DNA of 64,000 nucleotides from Candidatus Woesebacteria bacterium. Its GTDB lineage: Bacteria; Patescibacteriota; Microgenomatia; UBA1400; MFAQ01. Made by a program: the position numbers and the translations under genes. Position 1 is the stretch's first letter. Each line of letters opens with the position of its first letter. The notes under the pieces are model-generated. The model worked only from the letters and a program-made list of their open reading frames with translations, was not told the origin of the DNA and ran no database searches. This document shows, piece by piece, positions 48,447 through 57,083 of this stretch. The DNA lies in assembly GCA_035389185.1 (NCBI GenBank), contig DAOORK010000001.1:695419-759418 (forward strand), in the 5' to 3' direction.

Positions 48447-49756
48447 TAGGAGACTGGAATTTCAACGATATTTTGGGTCTTAATGATAGGTTTTTTTCGT
48501 ATACCAAACAGAATTACAAGAGAGCAAGAAGAAGAGCCGATGATAAGCTGGTGACGAAAAAAATGTTAATGATGGCAAAAGTGCCTCATCCAAAGTTACT
48601 GGGAAAAATTGGCAGTAGAAAAGGACTGGATAATTTTGAGTGGAACAAATTGAGTGGAGGAATAGTAATCAAACCCGTAAAAGGATTTGGCGGTCAGGGA
48701 ATCTTGATTCTGAGAAAATCGATAAAAGAAGCAGACAAGTTTTTCTTGCCAACGGGGAAATCTATTAGTCTTGATCAAATAAAAGTTCATGCGATGGATA
48801 TTATCGAAGGAAGATTTTCCCATAATAACTTGCCGGACAAAGTGATGATTGAGGAAAGAATATACATTCATCCCAAGTTTAAAAAACTTTCTGCTGGAGG
48901 AACTCCAGATGTTCGTATCATTGTTTATAACAAAGTACCTGTGATGGCGATGTTGCGTTTGCCTACGGAAGAATCTGAAGGTAAGGCTAACTTGCACATG
49001 GGAGCTATTGGTTTGGGAATTGATATTGCAACAGGAATTACTACTTATGGCGTATATAAGAATGAACTGATTAAGCGCTTCCCCGACAGTGGTAAAAAAG
49101 TTAATGGAATATTTATTCCTCACTGGAACAAACTAATGCTGATGGCAGTAAAAGCTCAGATTGTAAGCAAATTGAAATATTTGTCTGTTGACATGCTTAT
49201 TGATAAGGATAAAGGACCTGTGGTTTTGGAACTCAATGATCAGCCTGGGCTTTCTATTCAACTGGCCAACATGGCTGGTCTTAGAAAACGACTGGAGAGA
49301 GTAGAAGGACTAAAAATCGATTCACCAGAAAAGGGAGTAAAAATTGGACGGGCGTTGTTTGCTTCCGAGTTTGCCAGCCGAGTCAAGTTTGACACGATGG
49401 AAAGACCGGTAGTGTCTGTTTTTGATCAAGTAGCTCTTAAGGCTTATCAGGGTAAAAGAACAATGATAAAAGTGAAGTTGGACACAGGAGCATATAGTAC
49501 AAGTATTGATCGGAAATTGGCTGAGAAGATGGATTTGCTTAATCCAAAAAATATAATAATGGAAAAGAGTTTTAGATCAGCACTGGGCGTACAAATGAGA
49601 CAAATTGTTGGGGTGAACTTTCGACTGAAAGGTGTCAGAATAAAGACTGTAGCCTCAATTACCAGTAGAGGACATCTTGATTATCAAATGATAATTGGCC
49701 GAAGAGACCTCAAGGGATTTTTGGTTGATCCAATTTCAGATGAAGCGGATCAATAA
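48443..49756 (+). CDS. RimK-like ATP-grasp ligase (alpha-L-glutamate ligase-related) fused to a C-terminal retropepsin-like aspartic protease domain
   Basis: ATP-grasp motifs (IVIKPVKGFGGQGILIL; ...LHMGAIGLGIDIATG...; VVLELNDQPGL). The C-terminal ~120 aa carry a DTGA motif (KVKLDTGAYSTSID) like the RimK-associated Zn_protease/retropepsin domain. Confidence 0.7.
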   Translation: MIGDWNFNDILGLNDRFFSYTKQNYKRARRRADDKLVTKKMLMMAKVPHPKLLGKIGSRKGLDNFEWNKLSGGIVIKPVKGFGGQGILILRKSIKEADKFFLPTGKSISLDQIKVHAMDIIEGRFSHNNLPDKVMIEERIYIHPKFKKLSAGGTPDVRIIVYNKVPVMAMLRLPTEESEGKANLHMGAIGLGIDIATGITTYGVYKNELIKRFPDSGKKVNGIFIPHWNKLMLMAVKAQIVSKLKYLSVDMLIDKDKGPVVLELNDQPGLSIQLANMAGLRKRLERVEGLKIDSPEKGVKIGRALFASEFASRVKFDTMERPVVSVFDQVALKAYQGKRTMIKVKLDTGAYSTSIDRKLAEKMDLLNPKNIIMEKSFRSALGVQMRQIVGVNFRLKGVRIKTVASITSRGHLDYQMIIGRRDLKGFLVDPISDEADQ

Positions 49757-49767
49757 ATACAAATAAT

Positions 49768-50679
49768 ATGAAAATTGCTGTTTTTTACAGAGTTGATTTT
49801 GAAGAGACCAGAGCTCGTTTGGATGAAGAATCAGTAAGACTGGGACTAGAATTATCATGGATAAAGTACAAAGAGTTGAAAGTTGTTGGAAAGGATATTT
49901 TGTGGGGAGAAACCAATCTTAAAGATTTTGACGGTTGGTATTTTAGAGCCGTGGGAAATGAATTGGAGTGGAGTAAGCTTTTACAATTTTATGCCAAGAA
50001 ACACAACATCTTGGTCGTTGATGACTATTTGCTTTCCGAAGGGCCGCTGCGAAGATTTAAGTCGGTTATGAGTTGGCAGTTGCTTGATGCCGGTATAAAG
50101 TATCCTAAATCAAGTTTTGTGGAGAGCCTATCTGATCTTCAAAATGAACTTGAAACTTGGGAGTTTCCTTTGATAGTAAAAATGTCTAAAGGGGGCAGAC
50201 ACGGAATGGGAACATTTTTTCTTAAGGAACTTGCCGATTTTAGGAATTTGGAAGAAAAACTTACATCAAGAGTGGAGTTGTCGGTAGCTGAGGGTAAGAA
50301 AGGTACTGAACTGAGAGGATTTTTGATTCAAGAATATATAGAAAATGATGGTGATTATCGAGTAATGACGGTGGGTTATAAATGTATCGGCGGTTTTAAA
50401 AGAATGCCCAAGGTGGAAAAATTGATATTGAATCAGAGCGAAGGGAATTCGGTAGGGCTTGCGGAAGTGCCTGCAGAAGTGGCTAAAGTTGCTGAGGATG
50501 CTGCGAAAGTGTTGGGGGTGGAGATTGCGGGAACTGATCTTGTGATCAGCAAAAAAACAGGTGAAGTTTATTTAATTGAAGTGAATGAAGCACCTCAGTT
50601 TAAAGTGTTTGAAAAGAGAACAAAAATTAATGCTCCAAGAAAAATATTGGAATACTGTATTAGCAAGTTTGGTAATTAA
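49768..50679 (+). CDS. RimK-family ATP-grasp ligase (paralog 2)
   Basis: Alignable to RimK throughout: LIVKMSKGGRHGMGTFFLKE, FLIQEYIENDGDYRVMTVGYKCIGGFKRM, AGTDLVIS..GEVYLIEVNEAPQF. Confidence 0.75.
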   Translation: MKIAVFYRVDFEETRARLDEESVRLGLELSWIKYKELKVVGKDILWGETNLKDFDGWYFRAVGNELEWSKLLQFYAKKHNILVVDDYLLSEGPLRRFKSVMSWQLLDAGIKYPKSSFVESLSDLQNELETWEFPLIVKMSKGGRHGMGTFFLKELADFRNLEEKLTSRVELSVAEGKKGTELRGFLIQEYIENDGDYRVMTVGYKCIGGFKRMPKVEKLILNQSEGNSVGLAEVPAEVAKVAEDAAKVLGVEIAGTDLVISKKTGEVYLIEVNEAPQFKVFEKRTKINAPRKILEYCISKFGN

Positions 50680-50708
50680 TTTTATTTATGTCTTCAAACC
50701 AGCATCTT

Positions 50709-50800
50709 TTATTGGCGAGCGACAATTATCTCGATTCTCGACTTGAATTCTCACTGCGTGAGACCAAGCAATTCAAGTCTGCGAAGCGTCGCATAAACGA
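50709..50800. repeat. Structured palindromic repeat element, intergenic copy A
   Basis: Shares 20- and 21-nt identical blocks (CTCGATTCTCGACTTGAATT ... CAAGCAATTCAAGTCTGCGAA) with a copy inside mnmA. The central hairpin differs but stays palindromic (CTCACTGCGTGAG), and the outer arms co-vary (GCGAC/GTCGC). Confidence 0.6.
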
Positions 50801-50827
50801 CACTGGTTCAAGACATATAAAATCAAT

Positions 50828-51757
50828 ATGAAAAAAGTATTAATACTGACTAGATTTAGAGGAGAGTATGAACCAAGAAGGTTGGCTGAAGAGGCTTTGG
50901 CCTTGGGTTATGAAGTGGATAGAGTGAACTACGAGCATGTACGTCTCGGAGTGAGTCTTGAGGGAAAACCAGTAATTGACCTAATGACGGGGAAGAGACT
51001 GGAAGAGTATGACTTGGTCATACCACGTGCTGCTTCAAAACGGGGAGGAGAGTCGATGATTGGGGTGAAGTCAGTAATCATGGAATACATAGAAAAATTA
51101 TCTGATGAAAATAGACCAAAAGTAATCAATGGTGAAAGTTTTCGACTTTATCCTTTGATGGGAAAGTTGGAGCAGGGAATTCTATTAGCTCAAGCCGGAA
51201 TATCGACAATTCCTTTTGTTTCGTTTAATGGACTGCGAGGATGGAAGAGATATTTGGAAACTGTGGTACTTAGGAAAACACCATTTGTACCAGTAATGGT
51301 TAAAGCCCGATTTGGGAGTCATGGAAAAAATGTGAAATTGGCGCAGAATTATGAAAAGTTGGAGAAACTCTCAAAAAAATACAGTGTGGGAGATGTGTTG
51401 ATTCAACCTGTGATAAAAGTTCGTCGATGGTATCGTGTACTGGTTTTGAATGGGGTTGTTTTGGGGATGATGAAACACCGACAAAAAAATAAGTTCCAGA
51501 CTGAAGAACTCCAATCTGAGACGGCTCTATTGAAGCCAAAATTTACCAAAGAACAGATGTTTGAACTGGAAAGATTGGCCCTTAAAGCAACAGAGGTTCT
51601 AAAGGCCGATTTTGCAGGATTGGATATCGCTTGGGACGAAGACCTTGGTGGATGGAGAATCTTTGAGGTGAACAGAACAGCTCAATTTAAATGGTTTGAA
51701 AAAGCACATCCAGAAATTAACGTGGCAAAGACAATGTTAGATTTTGGAAAAGTTTGA
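50828..51757 (+). CDS. RimK-family ATP-grasp ligase (paralog 3)
   Basis: VMVKARFGSHGKNVKLAQN, VLIQPVIKVRRWYRVLVLNG, GLDIAWDEDLGGWRIFEVNRTAQFK align to the ATP-grasp B/C subdomains. Confidence 0.7.
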   Translation: MKKVLILTRFRGEYEPRRLAEEALALGYEVDRVNYEHVRLGVSLEGKPVIDLMTGKRLEEYDLVIPRAASKRGGESMIGVKSVIMEYIEKLSDENRPKVINGESFRLYPLMGKLEQGILLAQAGISTIPFVSFNGLRGWKRYLETVVLRKTPFVPVMVKARFGSHGKNVKLAQNYEKLEKLSKKYSVGDVLIQPVIKVRRWYRVLVLNGVVLGMMKHRQKNKFQTEELQSETALLKPKFTKEQMFELERLALKATEVLKADFAGLDIAWDEDLGGWRIFEVNRTAQFKWFEKAHPEINVAKTMLDFGKV

Positions 51758-52173
51758 TAGGATATCATATGAATCCTTTTACAGAAGAACTTAGTGGAAT
51801 TACTGAACTAGAACAAAGAAAGTCAGACTTACAAAATTATTTGGCTGGTTTGGATCTTGCCTTTGGATTAACAAGAAATATTGATGATCTTGAAACAATA
51901 AAAAAAATTAAGGAAAAGGCAAATGTGGCTGGAGAAAGACAGCTGGGGAGAGAGGCAGGCGTAGACGTATACGTTGATAGAGCGATGGCAGAGATAATTA
52001 CAAGAAAACTTGGAGAAGAAAAGTCTCGTCATTATTTAGGAGTGTACAAAGAAGAAGTTCAAGAAAAAATGTTTGGTACAACAATGCCGGCTTCCCCGTC
52101 GCTTCAGGAGTATAGGAATAAAGCAAAAGAGAGTTTGTTTATGACAAAGGATGTGAGAAGAATCATGTTTTGA
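51754..52173 (+). CDS. Hypothetical protein (139 aa) terminating the ATP-grasp cluster
   Basis: 4-bp overlap with the upstream gene. No recognisable domain. Probable start at ATG 51769. Confidence 0.4.
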   Translation: MIGYHMNPFTEELSGITELEQRKSDLQNYLAGLDLAFGLTRNIDDLETIKKIKEKANVAGERQLGREAGVDVYVDRAMAEIITRKLGEEKSRHYLGVYKEEVQEKMFGTTMPASPSLQEYRNKAKESLFMTKDVRRIMF

Positions 52174-52405
52174 CGTGGAGATGTTATATTGAGGTAGTAT
52201 GCGACAAAAGAATACTATTTATAGCCCTGAATTTCATAACCAGTTTCAGGAGACACCGGATGAAATTAGACACGGGAAAGAGGAAAAGGCAGAACATGCC
52301 AAGAACGATCAAAGACAAGGACAGAGCGACTTTTGGATAAAGAAGAAGACGAGTATAAAAGGACAGCCAAAATAATAAGATTGCAGTGTGTGAGAAAATA
52401 GAAGG

Positions 52406-53671
52406 GTGAAGAAAGTAGCGGTTGGAATTTCTGGAGGTGTAGATAGCGCTGTAGCGGCTTTGCTTTTGAAAAAGGCAGGTTTTGACGTGACGGGAGTACA
52501 TCTTTATTGCTGGCCGCCTAAAAGCGAGATTGAGAAAGATGGTTTGACACGGGAAGAGTGGATCAAAAAAAATGGCTGTCGAGCGGATGAAGATAGAAGT
52601 TTTGCCCTAAAAACTGCACTAGAACTGGAGATTCCTTTTAAAGTTTTGGATTTTTCGGAAGAATACAACCAGAAGGTAATTAAGTATTTTTATGACGAGT
52701 ATGAGGCCGGCAGGACGCCTAATCCGGATGTGATGTGCAACAGTGAAATTAAATTTGGCTTGTTTTTGAAATGGGCTTTGGAGGAAGGCTACGACTATAT
52801 TGCGACAGGGCATTATGCGAAATTGATCGGTGGTGAAGATACTCCTTTTGAACACATTCCTTTGTTGGCCACCGGTAATCCGGCTTCTCCAGCGGAAGCC
52901 GGTCACCTCGATTCTCGACTTGAATTTTTTCCTTCGGAAAATCCAAGCAATTCAAGTCTGCGAAACGTGGCACAAAGGAAAGATGCTCAACGAAGTGAAC
53001 TTCACTTAATGATTCCAGCGGATAAGCATAAGGATCAAACATATTTCCTGTGGAAACTGACACAGAAGGAGTTGGAACACACCTTGTTTCCCTTGGGGGA
53101 CTTGGAGAAGGGAGAAATCCGAAAACTGGCGGAAGAGTACAAACTGAGTGTGGCGAAAAGAAAAGATTCACAGGGAATTTGTTTTGTGGGTAATGTGGAA
53201 GCAAGAGAATTCCTTGCCCGAAGACTGAAAGAAAATCCGGGGAAGGTACTCGATATTCACGGAGAAGAAATCGGCAAACATGATGGAGTCTGGTTTTATA
53301 CCATTGGTCAGCGAGGCGGTTGGGAAATAACACCGTCGGCTCAGAAAAAATTTGCCGACAACGGAGTGACTCCAGTATTTTATGTAATTAAGAAAGATGC
53401 AAAAACAAACACTTTGGTGGTTGGTGAGGCGAGCGAAGCAGAGGAGAATCATTTTGAGATAAGCGAGGTGAATTGGATAAACGAGACGAACGAAAAAAAC
53501 TTGTTGGTTAGAATTCGGCATGGGGGTGAGCTGATATCGGCCAGAGTGGAGAGAGTTGATGACAAGTTGAGAGTTGTGTTGGAAAAAAGTATAAGAGGAG
53601 TTGCCAGTGGACAAAGTGCAGTGTTTTATAGCAAAAAAGGAGAGTGTTTTGGCGGCGGAGTGATTGTCTAA
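52406..53671 (+). CDS. mnmA: tRNA-specific 2-thiouridylase MnmA, with a ~50-aa in-frame insertion
   Basis: PP-loop VAVGISGGVDSAV, catalytic Cys region CNSEIKFG and DQTYFL motif. The segment between ATGHYA and KDQTYFL is ~72 aa where ~20 aa is usual. Confidence 0.85.
   Translation: MKKVAVGISGGVDSAVAALLLKKAGFDVTGVHLYCWPPKSEIEKDGLTREEWIKKNGCRADEDRSFALKTALELEIPFKVLDFSEEYNQKVIKYFYDEYEAGRTPNPDVMCNSEIKFGLFLKWALEEGYDYIATGHYAKLIGGEDTPFEHIPLLATGNPASPAEAGHLDSRLEFFPSENPSNSSLRNVAQRKDAQRSELHLMIPADKHKDQTYFLWKLTQKELEHTLFPLGDLEKGEIRKLAEEYKLSVAKRKDSQGICFVGNVEAREFLARRLKENPGKVLDIHGEEIGKHDGVWFYTIGQRGGWEITPSAQKKFADNGVTPVFYVIKKDAKTNTLVVGEASEAEENHFEISEVNWINETNEKNLLVRIRHGGELISARVERVDDKLRVVLEKSIRGVASGQSAVFYSKKGECFGGGVIV
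52862..52976. repeat. Structured palindromic repeat element, copy B, inserted in-frame inside mnmA
   Basis: Same conserved blocks as copy A, with an extra perfect hairpin CCGGCTTC-TCCAGCG-GAAGCCGG, central palindrome TTTCCTTCGGAAA and outer arms GCCAC/GTGGC. Translated as ...AGHLDSRLEFFPSENPSNSSLRNVAQRK... within MnmA. Confidence 0.6.
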
Positions 53672-53720
53672 AATTTGGGTATTGCTTTGCTTTGAATGGC
53701 TGTTGATATGATGAAAATAT

Positions 53721-54806
53721 ATGAAAGAAAAAGGTGCAAGAATTGTGGTGGGCGGTCAGTGGGGAGATGAGGGGAAGGGTCTAATTTCTGCCTATCTGAC
53801 GGCAAGAGACGAAGCAAGTTTAATTTGTAAGGGAGGAGTAGGTCCAAACGCGGAGCACGGAATTTTTATGACCGAATATGGTCCTTATCTGAAGGTGAAC
53901 CAACTGCCTTTGGGTTGGATGTTTAATGATAGTTGTCAAATCCGCATCGGTTCCGGGGTAGCCGTAAATCCGGAGCTACTATTTGCGGAGATGGAAAAAT
54001 ATGATCTTTGGGACAGAGTGAAGGTTGACTATCGTTGTCCGATTATTACGCCGGAACATATTGAAATGGAGAGGCGGAGTAAGGGAATGAATGCAATCGG
54101 ATCGACTTTTTCCGGGAGCGGGTATTGCAGAGCTGACCATATATTAAGAGTGGCCAAACATGCATCTGACATACCTGATCTCAAAAACTTTATTACTGAC
54201 GTGGGCGTTGAAATAAATAGAACTGCGGGAGACGATGTCGTAACAGTTGAGTCTTCACAGGGAACATATTTGTCATTATCTGTGTCATCGGAGTACCCGA
54301 ACGTAACTTCCGACAACGTGACTTCTATGGCGACGGCGGATGATGTGCTATTGAATTGGCGCAAATTGGAGGAGGTTGTTATGGTAATCAAGACAATGCC
54401 AACGAGAGAAGGAGCGGGATCGCTTGGATCACGTGAGTTATCGATGGAAGAGATCACCTCAAAAGGATTGGTAGAAAACAGCTCGATCGGCGGTGTGATC
54501 CGACGTAAGGGGGAAGGAATAAACTGGAAAATGCTTGCAGAAGCGACTGAGATAAATGGTCCGACGCAGATAGCCCTTACTTTTTGTGAGCATTATGACC
54601 CCAGAGTGGCAGGGGTGACTGAGAAGAGTGGATTAACTAAAGAGATATGGCAATTGATTGAGAAGGTAAAAAAAGTGACGGGAGTACCAGTAACAATGCT
54701 CAATACCGGCAAACCATTTTATTCGATGGTCGACCTTACCGGAAAGGGAGTTGATTGGGGCACAATAAGGGAAAGGTTGGAAAGTCGTTATAAATCGTGG
54801 AAGTAA
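53721..54806 (+). CDS. purA: Adenylosuccinate synthetase-like GTP-dependent ligase (short form)
   Basis: GGQWGDEGKG P-loop, GGVGPNAEHG (cf. GGHNAGHT) and ...ESSQGTYLSLSVSSEYPNVTS (cf. EGAQG..GTYPFVTSS). 361 aa. Confidence 0.6.
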   Translation: MKEKGARIVVGGQWGDEGKGLISAYLTARDEASLICKGGVGPNAEHGIFMTEYGPYLKVNQLPLGWMFNDSCQIRIGSGVAVNPELLFAEMEKYDLWDRVKVDYRCPIITPEHIEMERRSKGMNAIGSTFSGSGYCRADHILRVAKHASDIPDLKNFITDVGVEINRTAGDDVVTVESSQGTYLSLSVSSEYPNVTSDNVTSMATADDVLLNWRKLEEVVMVIKTMPTREGAGSLGSRELSMEEITSKGLVENSSIGGVIRRKGEGINWKMLAEATEINGPTQIALTFCEHYDPRVAGVTEKSGLTKEIWQLIEKVKKVTGVPVTMLNTGKPFYSMVDLTGKGVDWGTIRERLESRYKSWK

Positions 54807-54839
54807 AAAAAGCCTTCCATGTAAATGGAAGGCGAGTTT

Positions 54840-55700
54840 TTAAACTTTTGTGACCTCGAATAAACGATTGATGCAGTAGCTGAAGAGTGTGCTAATCAGA
54901 CGAAGATAATGATCTGTGTCTGAGGATGCCGGGGAAACTTTGAGTGTCCGAATGGATTGTTTTTTTGAGTAACCGAGGTCAATTCTGGCTATCTTGATGG
55001 AAGAAAAGAGTTTGGGGAGAAATATCTCGTAAGCAGAATCCCCCTTGATCTCTTTGTATTTATAGCCGCTTTTCTGAAGAATCTTGAGGAGATACTTATC
55101 TTTGTTAAAAACGAAGTGTCCTTTTTCGCACTGACCTTCAGATATAAGACGTTCCGGTCTCGATTCGAAGTAGTTGTGATCACATAATGGACACTCTAAC
55201 TGAGGAGTATCGGAGAAGAGGATCAGCTTTTGAAAGAAGTGATTAGTCCGTTTTTGGATTTCGGCAAATGCATCACTAACGGCTTTGACGTCAGCAGTGA
55301 CAAGAAAGAGGATTTTATCGAAAGCATAATCATCAAAATCGATGAAGAACTTTCCTTTGATAACTTCCCCGAGATAGTAACCAATGTATTCTTTGAGATC
55401 GACTCGGAAATCACAGTCTCGGTGGTCTACCTGGATATAAACAGGTTTGGCGAAGACAATGGTGGCTACGTATTTCTGACACCTAGGACAGTAAACCCCC
55501 TCGTGATAGGAAAGAAATGAATTTGACACATACCCTCTCTTTCTGAATTTTAAGGTGTGATTATGACAAAGGGGATTGTATCCTATATACACGAAGAAGT
55601 CAAAAAATAGACCCTCGGGCGAGGGTCTTGAATTAAAGATTTTTAAAGAATGGGTATGGTTTGTGGCTTTTGAATTCTGATATATTGAAATGTGAAACAT
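54840..55700 (-). CDS. Hypothetical protein with two CxxC pairs (zinc-ribbon-like); N-terminal extent uncertain
   Basis: CPRCQKY and CPLCDHNYF pairs and no internal Met. A perfect hairpin + T-run lies inside the annotated N-terminus, so the real start is probably downstream of ~55592 (GTG). Confidence 0.4.
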   Translation of the reverse strand: MFHISIYQNSKATNHTHSLKIFNSRPSPEGLFFDFFVYIGYNPLCHNHTLKFRKRGYVSNSFLSYHEGVYCPRCQKYVATIVFAKPVYIQVDHRDCDFRVDLKEYIGYYLGEVIKGKFFIDFDDYAFDKILFLVTADVKAVSDAFAEIQKRTNHFFQKLILFSDTPQLECPLCDHNYFESRPERLISEGQCEKGHFVFNKDKYLLKILQKSGYKYKEIKGDSAYEIFLPKLFSSIKIARIDLGYSKKQSIRTLKVSPASSDTDHYLRLISTLFSYCINRLFEVTKV

Positions 55701-57044
55701 AAAAAGTTTGATTTTCTGATTGTAGGGGCAGGGCCGGCCGGAATGTTTGCTTGTTTGGAGCTGCTGAAGAAAAAAATACCTGGAGAAAAAATTGCCTTGT
55801 TTGATATGGGGTCTCGGCTGGAAGACCGGAAGAAAAGTGAAGTGATGACGGGATTCGGAGGAGCGGGAACGTACTCTGATGGAAAACTACACTACACACC
55901 AAAGTTGTCACACGAGCGAACCTTTCACCTGATAGATCCGGATGACTACCAAAAAGTTTTGAATGCGGTGGAAAAAACATTTAAGGATTTTGGAGTGGAT
56001 ACAGAGTATTTCCCAAAAAATGTGGAGGAAGTGGAAGCAATGGTTTCGGAGGCGGAGAGAAATGATGTGGAGTTGGTGGTGCGCAGGGCTCAGCATGTGG
56101 GGACAGACAAATTAAAAGAAGTGGTAGCAAAGATAGAAAAATATCTGTTGGATAAGGGAGTGAATTTGTTTTGTAAGACGGAGATTACGGGCTTAATTAT
56201 GGAAAAAGGAGAAATAAAGGGGATAGTGGATAAGAAGAAACAGAAATATTTGGGGAAGAAGATTTTGTTGGTACCAGGTAGGGTGAATACCGCCTGGTTA
56301 CAAAAATTGGGCACCAAGTATGGCATAAAGTATCAATACGATATGGTGGAAATTGGAGTGAGGGTGGAGTTTCCGCGGTCGATCATGAAGAAATATGCTG
56401 AAGCTTTGTATGAAGTAGTGCTTAAAGTAAGAACAAAGACTTTTGATGATGTAATGAGAACATTTTGTTCGTGCCCGAATGGTTTGGTAGCTGTGGAAAC
56501 GTATCCAGAGTACGTCTGTGTGAATGGACACTCATTGTCGGATCATAAATCGGTGAACTCGAATTTTGCTTTTTTGTGTGAAGTGCATTTGACGGAACCA
56601 GTAGAGAACTCGATTGAGTATGCCGAGTCGATTGCTAAACTGGCGACGACGATCGGGGGTGGTAAACCGATACTGCAAAGGCTGAAGGACCTGCAAAGAG
56701 GCAGAAGAAGTACTTGGAGCCGACTAAAAAAGTCGATGGTACACCCTTCACTAAAAGACGTAACACCGGGAGATATTTCAATGGCTTTGCCTCACAGAAT
56801 CGTGGTGAATATTTTGGAAGGATTGGAGAAATTGGATGCGGTGATGCCAGGTATAAACTCGGGATCGACACTTCTGTATGCTCCAGAAGTGAAACTCCGA
56901 TCATCAAAAGTGGCTTTGACAAAAAACATGGAGACGACGGTGAAGAATGTGTATGCGGCGGGAGATGCGGCCGGAATTTCGGGCTCGATTACTGGGGCGG
57001 CGGCTACGGGAATAATGGCGGCAAGGGGGATGATGAAGAGGTAA
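55692..57044 (+). CDS. FAD-dependent oxidoreductase (COG2509-like uncharacterised dehydrogenase)
   Basis: N-terminal Rossmann DFLIVGAGPAGMFACLEL. C-terminal GDAAGISGSITGAAATG. Confidence 0.65.
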   Translation: MKHKKFDFLIVGAGPAGMFACLELLKKKIPGEKIALFDMGSRLEDRKKSEVMTGFGGAGTYSDGKLHYTPKLSHERTFHLIDPDDYQKVLNAVEKTFKDFGVDTEYFPKNVEEVEAMVSEAERNDVELVVRRAQHVGTDKLKEVVAKIEKYLLDKGVNLFCKTEITGLIMEKGEIKGIVDKKKQKYLGKKILLVPGRVNTAWLQKLGTKYGIKYQYDMVEIGVRVEFPRSIMKKYAEALYEVVLKVRTKTFDDVMRTFCSCPNGLVAVETYPEYVCVNGHSLSDHKSVNSNFAFLCEVHLTEPVENSIEYAESIAKLATTIGGGKPILQRLKDLQRGRRSTWSRLKKSMVHPSLKDVTPGDISMALPHRIVVNILEGLEKLDAVMPGINSGSTLLYAPEVKLRSSKVALTKNMETTVKNVYAAGDAAGISGSITGAAATGIMAARGMMKR

Positions 57045-57048
57045 TTGT

Positions 57049-57077
57049 CTTGACATTATAGGGTAAATATGGTAGTA
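57049..57077 (+). promoter_or_regulatory. Sigma70-type promoter TTGACA-N17-TAGTAT
   Basis: Consensus -35 and good -10 with 17-nt spacing, directly upstream of the GC-rich ORF-poor locus. Confidence 0.5.
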
Positions 57078-57083
57078 TATGGA

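Noticed and set aside
52184-52501. 105-aa minus ORF overlapping the mnmA start
   Set aside because: It overlaps the conserved mnmA PP-loop region and has no support.
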